Notes under the pieces: model-generated
What the model was told of the DNA's origin: nothing
Seen by the model: only the letters and a program-made list of their open reading frames with translations
Database searches by the model: none
Source: a virus
Length of the DNA stretch: 64,000 nucleotides
IMG/VR virus record: IMGVR_UViG_3300050821_006235
Location: 22,078-86,077 of that record
Direction: 5' to 3' (one strand)
Part shown: positions 38,412 to 48,300 of the stretch, one piece after another
How positions within the stretch are numbered: the stretch's first letter is position 1
Layout: every line of letters starts with the position of its first letter
Translations under genes and position numbers: made by a program

Positions 38412-38915
38412 CTAGGCCTGGATCAGTTCCAGGAATGGCACGATGATCAGGGCGTCAAAACGCTGCCACCTCTGGTCGGAGACGGTCGCGACACCGAGCG
38501 CCTGCCACGACATGTCCTCACCGACACCCACCAGGTTGCAGACGAGCCCCGAGTTCGGGTCGACGACCGTCGCCGGGTCCGGGGACGTCCGCAGCTTGTT
38601 CATGACCGCGTCGACCACGGACGGGAACGCGTCCGCGAGGTACGGGTCGTCGGAGGAGTTGAACCAGGTCAAGAACACGTCCATGTCCGGGCGGACTTCT
38701 TTCCACCCGGCCGCAGTCCCCGGCCCTGTGTTACGCGGCATCGTCTGCCGGCGTTCGTGACCGGCGTTCGGCCAGATGTAGCAGGCGGGTTGCGGGCCTT
38801 CGTTCGGGTCCGGGGGGGCGATGAACGCCTCCAACGGGCCGACGTTCGCGGGCCCGGGGACGATGAGCCCGTTGAGTTGCTGGTGAATCCAGTTCTGCAC
38901 GGTGACCAGAGGCAT
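38412..38915 (-). CDS. Putative tail terminator/neck protein
   Basis: Synteny between adaptor and tail tube. Confidence 0.6.
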   Translation of the reverse strand: MPLVTVQNWIHQQLNGLIVPGPANVGPLEAFIAPPDPNEGPQPACYIWPNAGHERRQTMPRNTGPGTAAGWKEVRPDMDVFLTWFNSSDDPYLADAFPSVVDAVMNKLRTSPDPATVVDPNSGLVCNLVGVGEDMSWQALGVATVSDQRWQRFDALIIVPFLELIQA

Positions 38916-38918
38916 CGG

Positions 38919-39866
38919 TCACCACTTCCGCTGGAACGGATTCAGCATGAGTTCGGCCTCTGAGGCGAGTTCCTCCGGCGCCTTGCTGCCCGCCGATGAT
39001 CCGCCACCGGTCGAATGGATCGTGGTGGACGTCGCACCCCTCGTCAGAGCCTGAGACCCGGCGAACAAAGCGGTCGCCCACCGGATCTGCGCGGGCATCG
39101 TCGTCACCATCACCCCGGCGTTGTGCGGGTAGCCGAGCGGCGCCGACAGGGTGAGGGTGCCGGGACCCGACACCACGGACGCGGCCGTCACCGTCACGGC
39201 CTCCTGAAGGCCACCGTCGTACACCACCCCGACCGCGCCCGGTTGCCCGACCGCGACGGGGGCCCACCCGGTGCAGTCATCCACCGCCAAGGTGGTCGCG
39301 CCAGAGGCGGCCTGCGCGGTCAAAGACGTGTGCGGCCACCCGTTGGTGTACGACACCTGGATGCGGTACCCGTTGCGCCCTTCACGCCACGACACCCAGT
39401 TCGGGGCGATCAGGATGGCCTGCCCGCCCTCCCCCGAATCGGCCGGCGAGCTGGTGCCGAACATGCCGATGACGGGGATCGCGGGCTCGTATTGGCCGGG
39501 CGTGACGGTGGTCCAGGCGCGGGGGAAGCTCCGCGCCGGGGACACCTGCACGGACGTGACCTGTAGGACCGGGCCGCGCCGCAGCACACACGTCGTGACC
39601 TTGGTGTGGGTGTCGACACCGACCCTGGCACCGCCGGGGCCGGTCAACGACTCGGTGTTGAGGGTTGCCCGCAAAGGCTGGTTGCAGTACCCGTCGATCA
39701 GGCCGGACGCCTTCTGGCAGATGTCGACCAGGACGGCGTTCAGGTCCTGCGGCGAGGAACCCGTACGCGGAACCAGCGAAGACCAACTTACGCCGATCGG
39801 TTCACGAATCAGCAGATCAGGCGTGAGGTAAGGGGTCCCGGGACCCATCACTGTCGGGGATGGCAT
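38919..39866 (-). CDS. Head-tail adaptor with inserted beta domain
   Basis: ASGLIDGYCNQ..SYTNGW..PAQIRWA. Confidence 0.7.
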   Translation of the reverse strand: MPSPTVMGPGTPYLTPDLLIREPIGVSWSSLVPRTGSSPQDLNAVLVDICQKASGLIDGYCNQPLRATLNTESLTGPGGARVGVDTHTKVTTCVLRRGPVLQVTSVQVSPARSFPRAWTTVTPGQYEPAIPVIGMFGTSSPADSGEGGQAILIAPNWVSWREGRNGYRIQVSYTNGWPHTSLTAQAASGATTLAVDDCTGWAPVAVGQPGAVGVVYDGGLQEAVTVTAASVVSGPGTLTLSAPLGYPHNAGVMVTTMPAQIRWATALFAGSQALTRGATSTTIHSTGGGSSAGSKAPEELASEAELMLNPFQRKW

Positions 39867-39898
39867 TGGGCATCACCCCCTCGTCTGACGGTTCCTGG

Positions 39899-40093
39899 TC
39901 ACCGCACCGTCATCACGGTGATCTTGTTGGTGCGCGCGCACTTTCGGCACAGATGCCGTTCACCGTCCGGATCCCATGCGGCGTGCCTGCCGCACAGGGC
40001 CGTCTGGCACAGGTCGCAGGATCCGACCAGAGCGACCGGTCCGCCACCGCGGCGAACTCCCCCGCACCGCCCGCAGGCGTGGCCGCGTTTCAT
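39899..40093 (-). CDS. Small Zn-finger protein
   Basis: CGRC, CDLC, CGRH and CRKC motifs; ATGA overlap. Confidence 0.5.
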   Translation of the reverse strand: MKRGHACGRCGGVRRGGGPVALVGSCDLCQTALCGRHAAWDPDGERHLCRKCARTNKITVMTVR

Positions 40094-40422
40094 CCCGCAG
40101 GGTCGGCCTTCGCGGACCGCTTGGTGGTCGCCCGCTTCGCGACCTGGGGGTCGGGCGGGGTGACGGCCTGCGCGGCGTTCACGAGCTGCTGCACAGCGTC
40201 CATCAGCGTCGCCGGGTCACGGCGCCGCTCCATCTCCTCCGCCATCAGCCGGGCCTGCCGTTCGATGTCGGTCTCCCACAGCGGCTTACCGCGGAAGTGG
40301 AAGGAGTACAGCTTGTTGCTGAGTTCGTCGGGGAAGTCGAAGCCGCCCTGCTCGTCGGCGTCGAAGTGTCCGTACTCGGGGTCATCGACCCCGCTCGCGT
40401 CCGAGCGCGTATACAGGCGCAT
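40090..40422 (-). CDS. Hypothetical head-region protein
   Basis: RBS, high GC3. Confidence 0.65.
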   Translation of the reverse strand: MRLYTRSDASGVDDPEYGHFDADEQGGFDFPDELSNKLYSFHFRGKPLWETDIERQARLMAEEMERRRDPATLMDAVQQLVNAAQAVTPPDPQVAKRATTKRSAKADPAG

Positions 40423-40506
40423 GCCTGCTCTCCCTGGGTGAGGGTTGGGGGGAATGTGAAAGGCCGAGAGCGGGATGCTCTCGGCCTTCGGGGTGGGGCT
40501 TTTCGG

Positions 40507-41487
40507 TCAGCGGCGGACCTTGCGGAGCGCCAGGTTCTGAGAACGGGTCAGGGCTTGCAGGTGGGCCGGGTTGACGCAGCGACGGACGTGACAGGTGTGA
40601 TGCACGTCTAGGCCCACGGGCAGCGGCCCGGAAGCCAACTCGTAGGAATAACGGTGAGCCTGGACCTGAACCCCGGTGTAGGCCGTGAACTGGCCATAGC
40701 CCGTCCCAGGATTGACCGCCGCAGTCCACAGCCAGCAAGAGTCGGTCTTGTCGACCTTCTCCCAGAACCGCTGCTCGGGCGTCCGCTGCCTCGGTCGCTC
40801 GACGCTCGGATCTCTGAGCCACTTGCGATAACACGGACGGCAGAGCGTTCGCTTGAAGAGGGGCCGATCGCCACTGCACTCGGTGCAGTGGGTCGGCTTC
40901 TCGATTTTCGGCTTCACCGGAACGACCTCGGGGGCGTACCCCCAGAAGGCGCCCTGATTGCCGCGCCGGATGTTCTCGCGCGGCGTTACGGGCTCCAGGT
41001 GCTCCGGCCTGACGCAACTGCGCCGACGGCACAGGTGGTCGAGGTGGAGACCCTTCGATATCAGACCCACCAAGTACTGGTAGGCGATCCGATGAACGAG
41101 TTGCGTCCCTTTGCCGCCGAATACACCGTAGCCGGTGACCGGGTGCTTGCATCCGGTCCAAACCCAGCAGGGGCCCAGTGACTGGCGCTCCTCGGGGAGG
41201 GGGCCGTCCTTGTCGACTTGCGCCCAGAAGCGTCGAGCGCGCGGGTCAGTGACCTCGCCGTGCTTCTCGACTCGGCGCACGTGCATCTCGCACATGCCGC
41301 GCCGCTTCGGGGTCCGGTCACATTCCTCAACCGAACACCTCTCGCCCTGCTCGGCGTAGCGGCGCGTCTCATGTAGGGGGTCGCCGTATGTCCGCCAGCG
41401 TGCGTAATGCGTCGAGCACCAGCCGCGTCCGAAGGCGTGCTTACCGCAGTCGGCAATCGAGCAGTCCACATCTGAGTTGACCGTCAC
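40507..41487 (-). CDS. Double-HNH homing endonuclease
   Basis: Two CWxWT..GYG..HR..HxC..CVxPxHL units. Confidence 0.9.
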   Translation of the reverse strand: MTVNSDVDCSIADCGKHAFGRGWCSTHYARWRTYGDPLHETRRYAEQGERCSVEECDRTPKRRGMCEMHVRRVEKHGEVTDPRARRFWAQVDKDGPLPEERQSLGPCWVWTGCKHPVTGYGVFGGKGTQLVHRIAYQYLVGLISKGLHLDHLCRRRSCVRPEHLEPVTPRENIRRGNQGAFWGYAPEVVPVKPKIEKPTHCTECSGDRPLFKRTLCRPCYRKWLRDPSVERPRQRTPEQRFWEKVDKTDSCWLWTAAVNPGTGYGQFTAYTGVQVQAHRYSYELASGPLPVGLDVHHTCHVRRCVNPAHLQALTRSQNLALRKVRR

Positions 41488-41495
41488 TCATGGCT

Positions 41496-41530
41496 CCTTT
41501 GTTGGAGTGGAGAGCCCACTCCAACAAAGG
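41496..41530 (-). promoter_or_regulatory. 15-bp hairpin sequestering the HNH gene RBS
   Basis: CCTTTGTTGGAGTGG-N5-CCACTCCAACAAAGG; AAAGG of the RBS is in the stem. Confidence 0.75.
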
Positions 41531-41580
41531 TACCACAGAACAGCGGGTCGCATGCAGCCAAAACAGCGTAATGCTCCTGC

Positions 41581-43080
41581 TCAGCCCACGTTTTGAAGAA
41601 CCGCCATGGCAACCGGGGCCTTATTCACGAAGGCGCCCATTGACTTAATTTCGAATTCACGACGCGGGCCGCCGCCGGAGGTGTTGGCGATGCGGTTGAT
41701 GCCGTAGTCGAACTGGGCGGTGTCACGCAGCGACCGGTACTCCAGCACGCTGGAGATGTTCGCCTGCGGGAACGGAACCCGGTCGGTGCGGGCCGCGATG
41801 GTGCCCGGGGGCAGCGACACGTGCACCTCGATGGGGACGGTCACACCACCCGCGGGCGCGTTCACGATCTCGCCGACCCGGCCACCAGCGACCACGCTGA
41901 TACGGCCGGAAGCGTCGGTGTTCAGGAACGTCGTCGCGCTGGATCCGCCCAGGATCAGGTTCGCGATCTCCTGCGCCTGCACGGCGTTGACCATGATGGC
42001 GGTCGGGGAACACTTCACTTGCTGCCACAGCGGCAGGAACAGCAGGTTCTCGATCTCCGCGACGGACCCGCCGGACAGGGTCAGTGTCGCGCCGTCGAGG
42101 CTGTTGTTGATCGACGGGTTGGCGGTGCCGGTGCCGGGCTGCACCCACTGGCCGACCCCGTTGTAGTCGCCCGCCAGGGACGCGAGGAACCCGTCGTAGT
42201 CGGCCGCGTTGGCGGACCCGTTGTCGGCGGCGGTGTTGATGGTCGGGACCGTGCTACCGGCGCCCTTCCAGACCGTGGTCAGGTCCGGGACGGCGGTGCC
42301 GGACGGCAGCGCGTTGTTGGAGCCAATGACGCTGGTCATGGTGACCGTGTTGGCCGTGGTGGTCGTGTAGTAGTACCAGGTGGTGCCGTTCGCGGACTGG
42401 AACCAGTCGTAGCAGACGGCGCCGCGCACGGACGCGACGGTCGCCTGGACGGAGTTGGTGGTCCCGGCGCCGGATGCGCCGCTGTTGCTGTTGCCCTGGG
42501 AGTTCCCGGACCCGTAGTAGTAGCCCGAGCCCGTTCTGGCGGCGACACCCACGTACACGGTGGTGGTGGCGGGGATGGTGCCGCCGGTGGTCTTCTGCGT
42601 CAGTGTCGGCGCGGCCGGGCGGGCCAGCGCGAACGACTGGGCGCCGACGAGCTTACGGTCGTCGCCGATCAGGACCTGGTTGAGGGTCTGGAACGTCGCG
42701 GTCGCGTACGGGTCGTCGTACCCGGTCGCCAGGTCGTAGGCGTCCTGGGTGACCATCCCGGCCAGGCCGGTGCCCTTGTACGCGGCCTGGAAGTCCTGCT
42801 CGTTGAACACGACCTCGTTCGCGGCGAAGTCGAACGGGATCGACGGGTCGGGCTGCGCGTTCGTCGTGTTCATGATCGCCCGCCAGACGGCGTACTTGTT
42901 ACCGTCGGGGCTCTTGGTGCGGGCGACGTGGTCACGGAACGGCGTGACCACCGGAACCAGAGTGACCAGCGGCGACAGGTCGTAGCTGACGATGCCGGTT
43001 GCGGTGGTGATGCCGGTGGTCTGCGCCTTGGTGATCGCGGCGAGCGTCTCCTTGGTGACGTCGTCGAGGGTGTTGCTCAC
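41581..43080 (-). CDS. Major capsid protein
   Basis: About 500 aa after scaffold, GGAGG RBS, very high GC3. Confidence 0.8.
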   Translation of the reverse strand: MSNTLDDVTKETLAAITKAQTTGITTATGIVSYDLSPLVTLVPVVTPFRDHVARTKSPDGNKYAVWRAIMNTTNAQPDPSIPFDFAANEVVFNEQDFQAAYKGTGLAGMVTQDAYDLATGYDDPYATATFQTLNQVLIGDDRKLVGAQSFALARPAAPTLTQKTTGGTIPATTTVYVGVAARTGSGYYYGSGNSQGNSNSGASGAGTTNSVQATVASVRGAVCYDWFQSANGTTWYYYTTTTANTVTMTSVIGSNNALPSGTAVPDLTTVWKGAGSTVPTINTAADNGSANAADYDGFLASLAGDYNGVGQWVQPGTGTANPSINNSLDGATLTLSGGSVAEIENLLFLPLWQQVKCSPTAIMVNAVQAQEIANLILGGSSATTFLNTDASGRISVVAGGRVGEIVNAPAGGVTVPIEVHVSLPPGTIAARTDRVPFPQANISSVLEYRSLRDTAQFDYGINRIANTSGGGPRREFEIKSMGAFVNKAPVAMAVLQNVG

Positions 43081-43152
43081 GGATGCCTCCTGGGCATGCA
43101 AAAGCCCCCGGGCGTGGACCGCTCTCGGGGGCGTGAAGGGCTGGGGCTGGGC

Positions 43153-44757
43153 CTACTGCGGCGTGGGCCGCTGGCGGATCTCCTGGAGCATGGCGATGGC
43201 CCCGGTCTGCATCTCGTTGGCGATGCGGTTCTGCTCGTGTGCGTCGACGGCGCCGTACAGGCCCTTCTTCATCTGCTGGGCCTGGGCCGCGTCGACGCCG
43301 ACCGGTACGCCGGCGTTCTGGCCGCGCAGCATGCTGGGCGGCGGGACGGCTCCGTTGGTGAACACCTTCGGGGTAGCGGGCTGCTCTTCCAGCGCCTTGA
43401 CCAGGCCCCTCAGCTTCTCGACCTCCTCCGCCAGTTGAGCGTGGTCGGCCGCCTGCTTGGCGATGACCTGCTCCTGTGTGGCGGTGTAGTCGGCGAGTGC
43501 TGCTGTGGCCGCGTCCTTGGCGATGCTCTTGAGGACTGCATCCGGAACGGTGATGTCGGTGTCGGTCTTGTCGGTGGTGCTCTTGGTGACGTCGTCGGGT
43601 ACGGCGTCGGCGGGGGTGCCGACCTCGGCCGCCGGGGCGGGGGTGAGGTCGGAAGCGTCGGGGGCGGCGTCGGCCGCCGGGGTGTCCGCGCCGTCGTCAG
43701 GGTCGGCGGCCGGGTCGGCCTCGCTGTTGGAGACCGGGGTGACGTCGGCAGGATCGACGATGCCGATCAGGCGCCCCTTCTGGTCGTAGACCACCGTCAT
43801 CGGGGTCTTCTCCCCGTCGGCCTTGGCGATGGGCTCGGGCTTGGCGGTGCCCATCTTGGGCTGCTCGCCTGCGTCGGTGATGGTGTCCTCGACGAGGGTG
43901 GGCTTGGGCATGTCGGTCTCCGTTTCCTTGGCGACCGACTGGCCGTCCTCGGGGGCTGTGGGGGCTTGCGGCAGGGACGCGAGGACCTTCTGGAGCGACT
44001 CGACGGCGCCTCGGATCGCCATCTCGTTCGCGGTGGACAGCACCCGCCCGGCCTTCCGGATCTGCCCGAACGCCTCGATTGTGTCGAGCGGTGCGGTGTC
44101 GAACGCGGCGAGGGTTTTACCGACGGCCATCATGTCGGCGGCCATGTCGGCTTCGGCCTGCTCGGCGACAGCGAACGGGGCCAGCACGCTGATGGCGTAG
44201 TCGATGGCGCAGCACGCGTCATCGAGGTCCATGGAGTTGTCGATGGCGTCCTCGTCGCCGCTGGCCGCTTCGAGCATTTCCCGCTGGGCGAGCATGTCGA
44301 TGGCGCCCTTCGCGCGGGCGAGGATGCTCGTCCATTTGCGGGCGGTGGCGGCGTCGATGGCCTCCCACGCCGGGGAGCCGGGGTCAGACGGGCTGCCGGG
44401 GGCTTCGTCGTCGTCGGGTGCGGCGAGCGGCAGGGTGGGGTCCATGCCGTCCGGACTGTCGTCGAGGTCCAAGTCCTTGACCACCTCGGCAGGTTCGGCG
44501 GCCGGACGTGAGGCCTCGTGGATCAGCTTGGCGATCGCGCCGGGTGAGCCCGTCATCGTCACCGTCTCCCTACTGTCGGTTTCTGGTTCGGATTTGGCGA
44601 TCAGGTCACGGACGAAGGCGGCATCCAACAGGCCGGCCGAGCCGTCCTCGCGCTTGGCGATCAGGAACCGCATGCCGTTCGCCGCCCTGTCGACCAGATC
44701 CACGCGGGTGATGTCGGCGTCCACCAACTCGGTGAACTCGTCGTCGTCGTCGTTCAC
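43153..44757 (-). CDS. Capsid scaffold protein with protease-like N-terminal motif
   Basis: Acidic, coiled-coil C-terminus; RVDLVDRAAN. Confidence 0.7.
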   Translation of the reverse strand: MNDDDDEFTELVDADITRVDLVDRAANGMRFLIAKREDGSAGLLDAAFVRDLIAKSEPETDSRETVTMTGSPGAIAKLIHEASRPAAEPAEVVKDLDLDDSPDGMDPTLPLAAPDDDEAPGSPSDPGSPAWEAIDAATARKWTSILARAKGAIDMLAQREMLEAASGDEDAIDNSMDLDDACCAIDYAISVLAPFAVAEQAEADMAADMMAVGKTLAAFDTAPLDTIEAFGQIRKAGRVLSTANEMAIRGAVESLQKVLASLPQAPTAPEDGQSVAKETETDMPKPTLVEDTITDAGEQPKMGTAKPEPIAKADGEKTPMTVVYDQKGRLIGIVDPADVTPVSNSEADPAADPDDGADTPAADAAPDASDLTPAPAAEVGTPADAVPDDVTKSTTDKTDTDITVPDAVLKSIAKDAATAALADYTATQEQVIAKQAADHAQLAEEVEKLRGLVKALEEQPATPKVFTNGAVPPPSMLRGQNAGVPVGVDAAQAQQMKKGLYGAVDAHEQNRIANEMQTGAIAMLQEIRQRPTPQ

Positions 44758-45347
44758 GCGGCACTCCTCCGCTTCGCGGTTCCCTGCGGCGACATCCCGG
44801 TGATGAGCCCGCGTTTGTACAGATCCCAGGCGATCGGGTCGCAGATCCCACCAACGAGCCAGTCGCCCGCCTTGATCACCGTGTCCTCGTCAACGACCCA
44901 GTCCGGGCCGCGATAGATGTAGCTCTCGGTAACCGTGAAGTGGCCAACGGTGTCGTCCGGCCCGTGGAACAGGCCGACCTGCGCCCCGTTGGGAAGGAAA
45001 CTCCATGCCGCTTTCTCCAACTCGGCAGCGGAGAAGGCATCACGTCCACCGTCAGCACCCCGCTTGATCTTCGGATCGCGCCCGACCTGATAGGCCACCG
45101 ACAACAGGTAGCGCTGCGCCGCCGCGACCTTGCCGAGCATCCGTACCGGGCCGTCCGTCATCCGGCCGGGGATGTCAACGCCGGGTGCTGCCTGGACGTG
45201 AACGTCGTGGTCCAGCCACATGCCGCAGACACAGTTTCCGGAGCCTGACTGGACGTCGCGGGCGTACACGTGCGACTGGGTGTACTGGTCCGGGAACGGG
45301 CCGATGGAGCCTTCCCAGCCGGGGACGCTGTTGCCGTCCACGCGCAC
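44754..45347 (-). CDS. XkdF-like prohead serine protease
   Basis: ELEKAAWSF..VGLFH..ESYIY..GDWLVG..ITGMSPQG. Confidence 0.8.
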   Translation of the reverse strand: MRVDGNSVPGWEGSIGPFPDQYTQSHVYARDVQSGSGNCVCGMWLDHDVHVQAAPGVDIPGRMTDGPVRMLGKVAAAQRYLLSVAYQVGRDPKIKRGADGGRDAFSAAELEKAAWSFLPNGAQVGLFHGPDDTVGHFTVTESYIYRGPDWVVDEDTVIKAGDWLVGGICDPIAWDLYKRGLITGMSPQGTAKRRSAA

Positions 45348-45378
45348 CCCTCCTTCCGGGGTGAAAGTGGATGCGGGA

Positions 45379-48300
45379 TCAGAACCCGCCGAGGATGTCT
45401 TGAAGGTCGGACACGGACGGCAGGCTCACTCCGCCGATGTCGTCTGGGACCAGACTGCATCGGCACCGGGGGTGCAAAGGGGGTGCGTCGACCCGGCCGG
45501 TGAACGCCTCGCCGAGCGGAATGGGCGAGTCCGCCGCGCACGCGTCACAGCCCGGACACACCCTGGTGTCGGACGCTGTCAACCAACTCACAGTCCCGAC
45601 ACCGGCCTGCTGGTAGTTCGCCAGCGCTGCCTGGGACATGGCCCGGGAGATCTCCGTGATGGCGATCATGTCGGCGCTGGCCGCAGTGACACCGAGAGCT
45701 TCGATGTCGGCGGCCAGGCTGTCCGACGATGCGCCGTCCGCGAGCGCCTGCTCCAGGAGCGACGCCAGGTCGTCCATGCGGGTGCCGGTGATGCCCTGGA
45801 TGGCGGTGATGCCGTAGTGGTCGAGCCAGTCCTGAAGGGACTGCTGGTCGTACACGATCAGCGCCGGGTCGATCACCGTGGTGGGCGGGTCACCTTCACT
45901 CTTGACGACACGGCCGTACCGCGCCCAGTCGACGCCGGTCCCTTGCAGGACCGCCTGAGCGGAAGCGGTGCCGACCGCCCACCCCGCTGTCCACAGCGGT
46001 GTGAGGACCGCGCGCAGCCCGTCGCCGATCTGATCGGCCAGGCCGGGTTGGGTCTGCTGGAGCCACGCCTTCGCCGGCTGGGTGGGGCGTGCCGTGTCCG
46101 ACCAGGCGGCGGAGATCGGGTTGGCTACGCCGGACAGGACGCCGACGACTGCTTGCCGGATGCGCGGAGCCCAGGCGGCGGCGAGTTGCTCGTCCACATC
46201 CCAGCCGGGCCAGTGGGTTGAGCCCCCGTCAGAGGCCCGGCCTTTTGGGCGGGTGTCGCCGGCCTTCACAACCTGCGGCGTGCCGAGCGCATCCATCACC
46301 AGGTCGATCGAGTCGAGCAACTCCTGCCGTACCGCCGGATTGCCGGGCAGTTGCGCCGGATCCCAGAAGGCGATGGCCTCGATTGAGTCGCCGTCGGGAT
46401 CGTCTGGATTCGAGACCTGGTCGCGGCCCACCAGGGGCACGCAGTCCTCGGACGGGACGGTCCACACGATGCCCTGGTAGACACCGTCTGGGCTGGTCCA
46501 GGTGCCGGTCTGCTCGCCTGGCGGCGGGATACACCCGGTCTCCTCGGCGAACTCTCTCCAAGCGCCCTGAAGCGGGGTCTCCTCGCCTTCGAGGTGCCCG
46601 CCGGGAACCTCCCACGTCCCGGCAGCCGGGTCGGTGTCGTCGAGCGCGCGCTGAAGCATCAGGACCCGGCCAGTGTCGGCCGCCCGGACAGCGAGCCCTG
46701 CAACAGCTACCTGCCCTGCCTCCTTGCGGACCGCGAGACGGCCCGCGTCGTTGAGGCGGTGGCCCTTGACCGGGTCGACCGCGTGGAACTGGAAGTCGCG
46801 CCACTTGCCGGCGCGGCGGCGACGCCCCCGGTGGTTCCGGAAGTTCTTCATCTCCCGCTTGGCGAGTTCGGCGCGCTGCTCCTCGTCCTCGTCGTCCTTG
46901 TGGCCGACCAGGTCGTAGCCGACGATCCCCGTCGCGGTGGTGATCCCTGCGGTGGCTGCGGCTTCCTTGACCGCCGGTTGCTGCATGTCGCCCACAGCCT
47001 GCGGGTCGTCAGCGGCAGACGGTCCGTAGATCTGCTCGGCGAGCGGCGGTGACACCAGCGGCGGTACCGGCACAACACCCTCGATCGCCCGGAACGCGTC
47101 GTGTGAGACGGGTGCGTCCAGTGCGGGCGCGGCCGTCTGATGGTCGACCGGCCCCGCCACGGCGTCCAGCGCCGACAGCGGGATCGGCCCACCCCTCGTC
47201 GTGAAGATGAAACGCGGAACAGGGCGACCACCCGGCTCGGTGAGCCCGAACCGCATCTCCCGCACCTCGGACACCGACACGACCCCGGCCTTGACGTACA
47301 GGTCGTCGGCCTGGGCGATGGCGAGCCGGTCGGCCTGCTCCTCGCCGAGGTCGAACGCGAACCGCAACGGCAGGCCAAGGTCGTACTGCAAGAAGTCGGT
47401 CAGCACATCCTGGACGTGCTTGATCAGCGGCAGGTCACCGACACGGTGCTGAACGTCGGCCTGGCTCTCGCCGCTCGACCTGTTCACGTTCTCGGTGAAG
47501 CCCAGGTCAGCGGGCACCACGTGGTACGCGGCAGCGGTCTTGCGCATCAGGAACAAGCTGAAGTGGTCGGAGAAGTCCTTCTCGTTGTTCCACGCAAGCG
47601 AGGAGCCGCCCGGCATCCACTTGATCTGGGATTTCACCGCTTGGTCGCCGAGCATGAAAGCGTCCCAATACGACTGGAACTGCTCGATCTGGTTCGGCGT
47701 CCACGTCTCCGGGGCGCTCGCGAACGCGGCCGGGATGTTGCCCTCGGTGAAGCGTTGCAGGAAGTAGCTCTGGAACCGCAGGTCGGTGTTGGCGTTAAGG
47801 AGGATGCTTTCCAACGGCGCCCGCCCGTACGGGGAGGACGCCGTCTTCCGGAACGGCGAGTAGATCAGGTCGCTGCGCGTCATCCAGTTCCACGGCAGCC
47901 CCTGCACGTACTGGACGTACGCCTCAGCGGGTTCCGCCGGCGGATTACCCCAGTAGTCGAGCAGCGGGGCGATCATCGTGCCGTCGACGACACGCAAACC
48001 GATCGCCCGGCCGCCACGGTTACGCAACCGGTACAACGTTCCGGCGTCGTAAGCGAGGATGTGGTACAGCCATTCGCCGAGCCACACACCGAACGGGGTG
48101 TCACGGTCGGGCTTCTTCAGGGCTGCCATGCCGATCGTGATGGCGTCGGTGACGTCACCGGTGGAGCCGTCTTCGGCGATGAGCGACCAGTCGAGGGACC
48201 GGATGGAGTCGATCCGGTGCCAAATGCACATCTGGGCGACGTCGTACGCCTCGACCAACCCGCGAAGGGTGTCGAACGAGACGCGCTCGTGGGACCTGGG

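Noticed and set aside
41821-44511. 896-aa plus-strand ORF and similar long antisense ORFs (5387-7498, 56743-58845)
   Set aside because: High-GC shadow frames opposite well-supported genes
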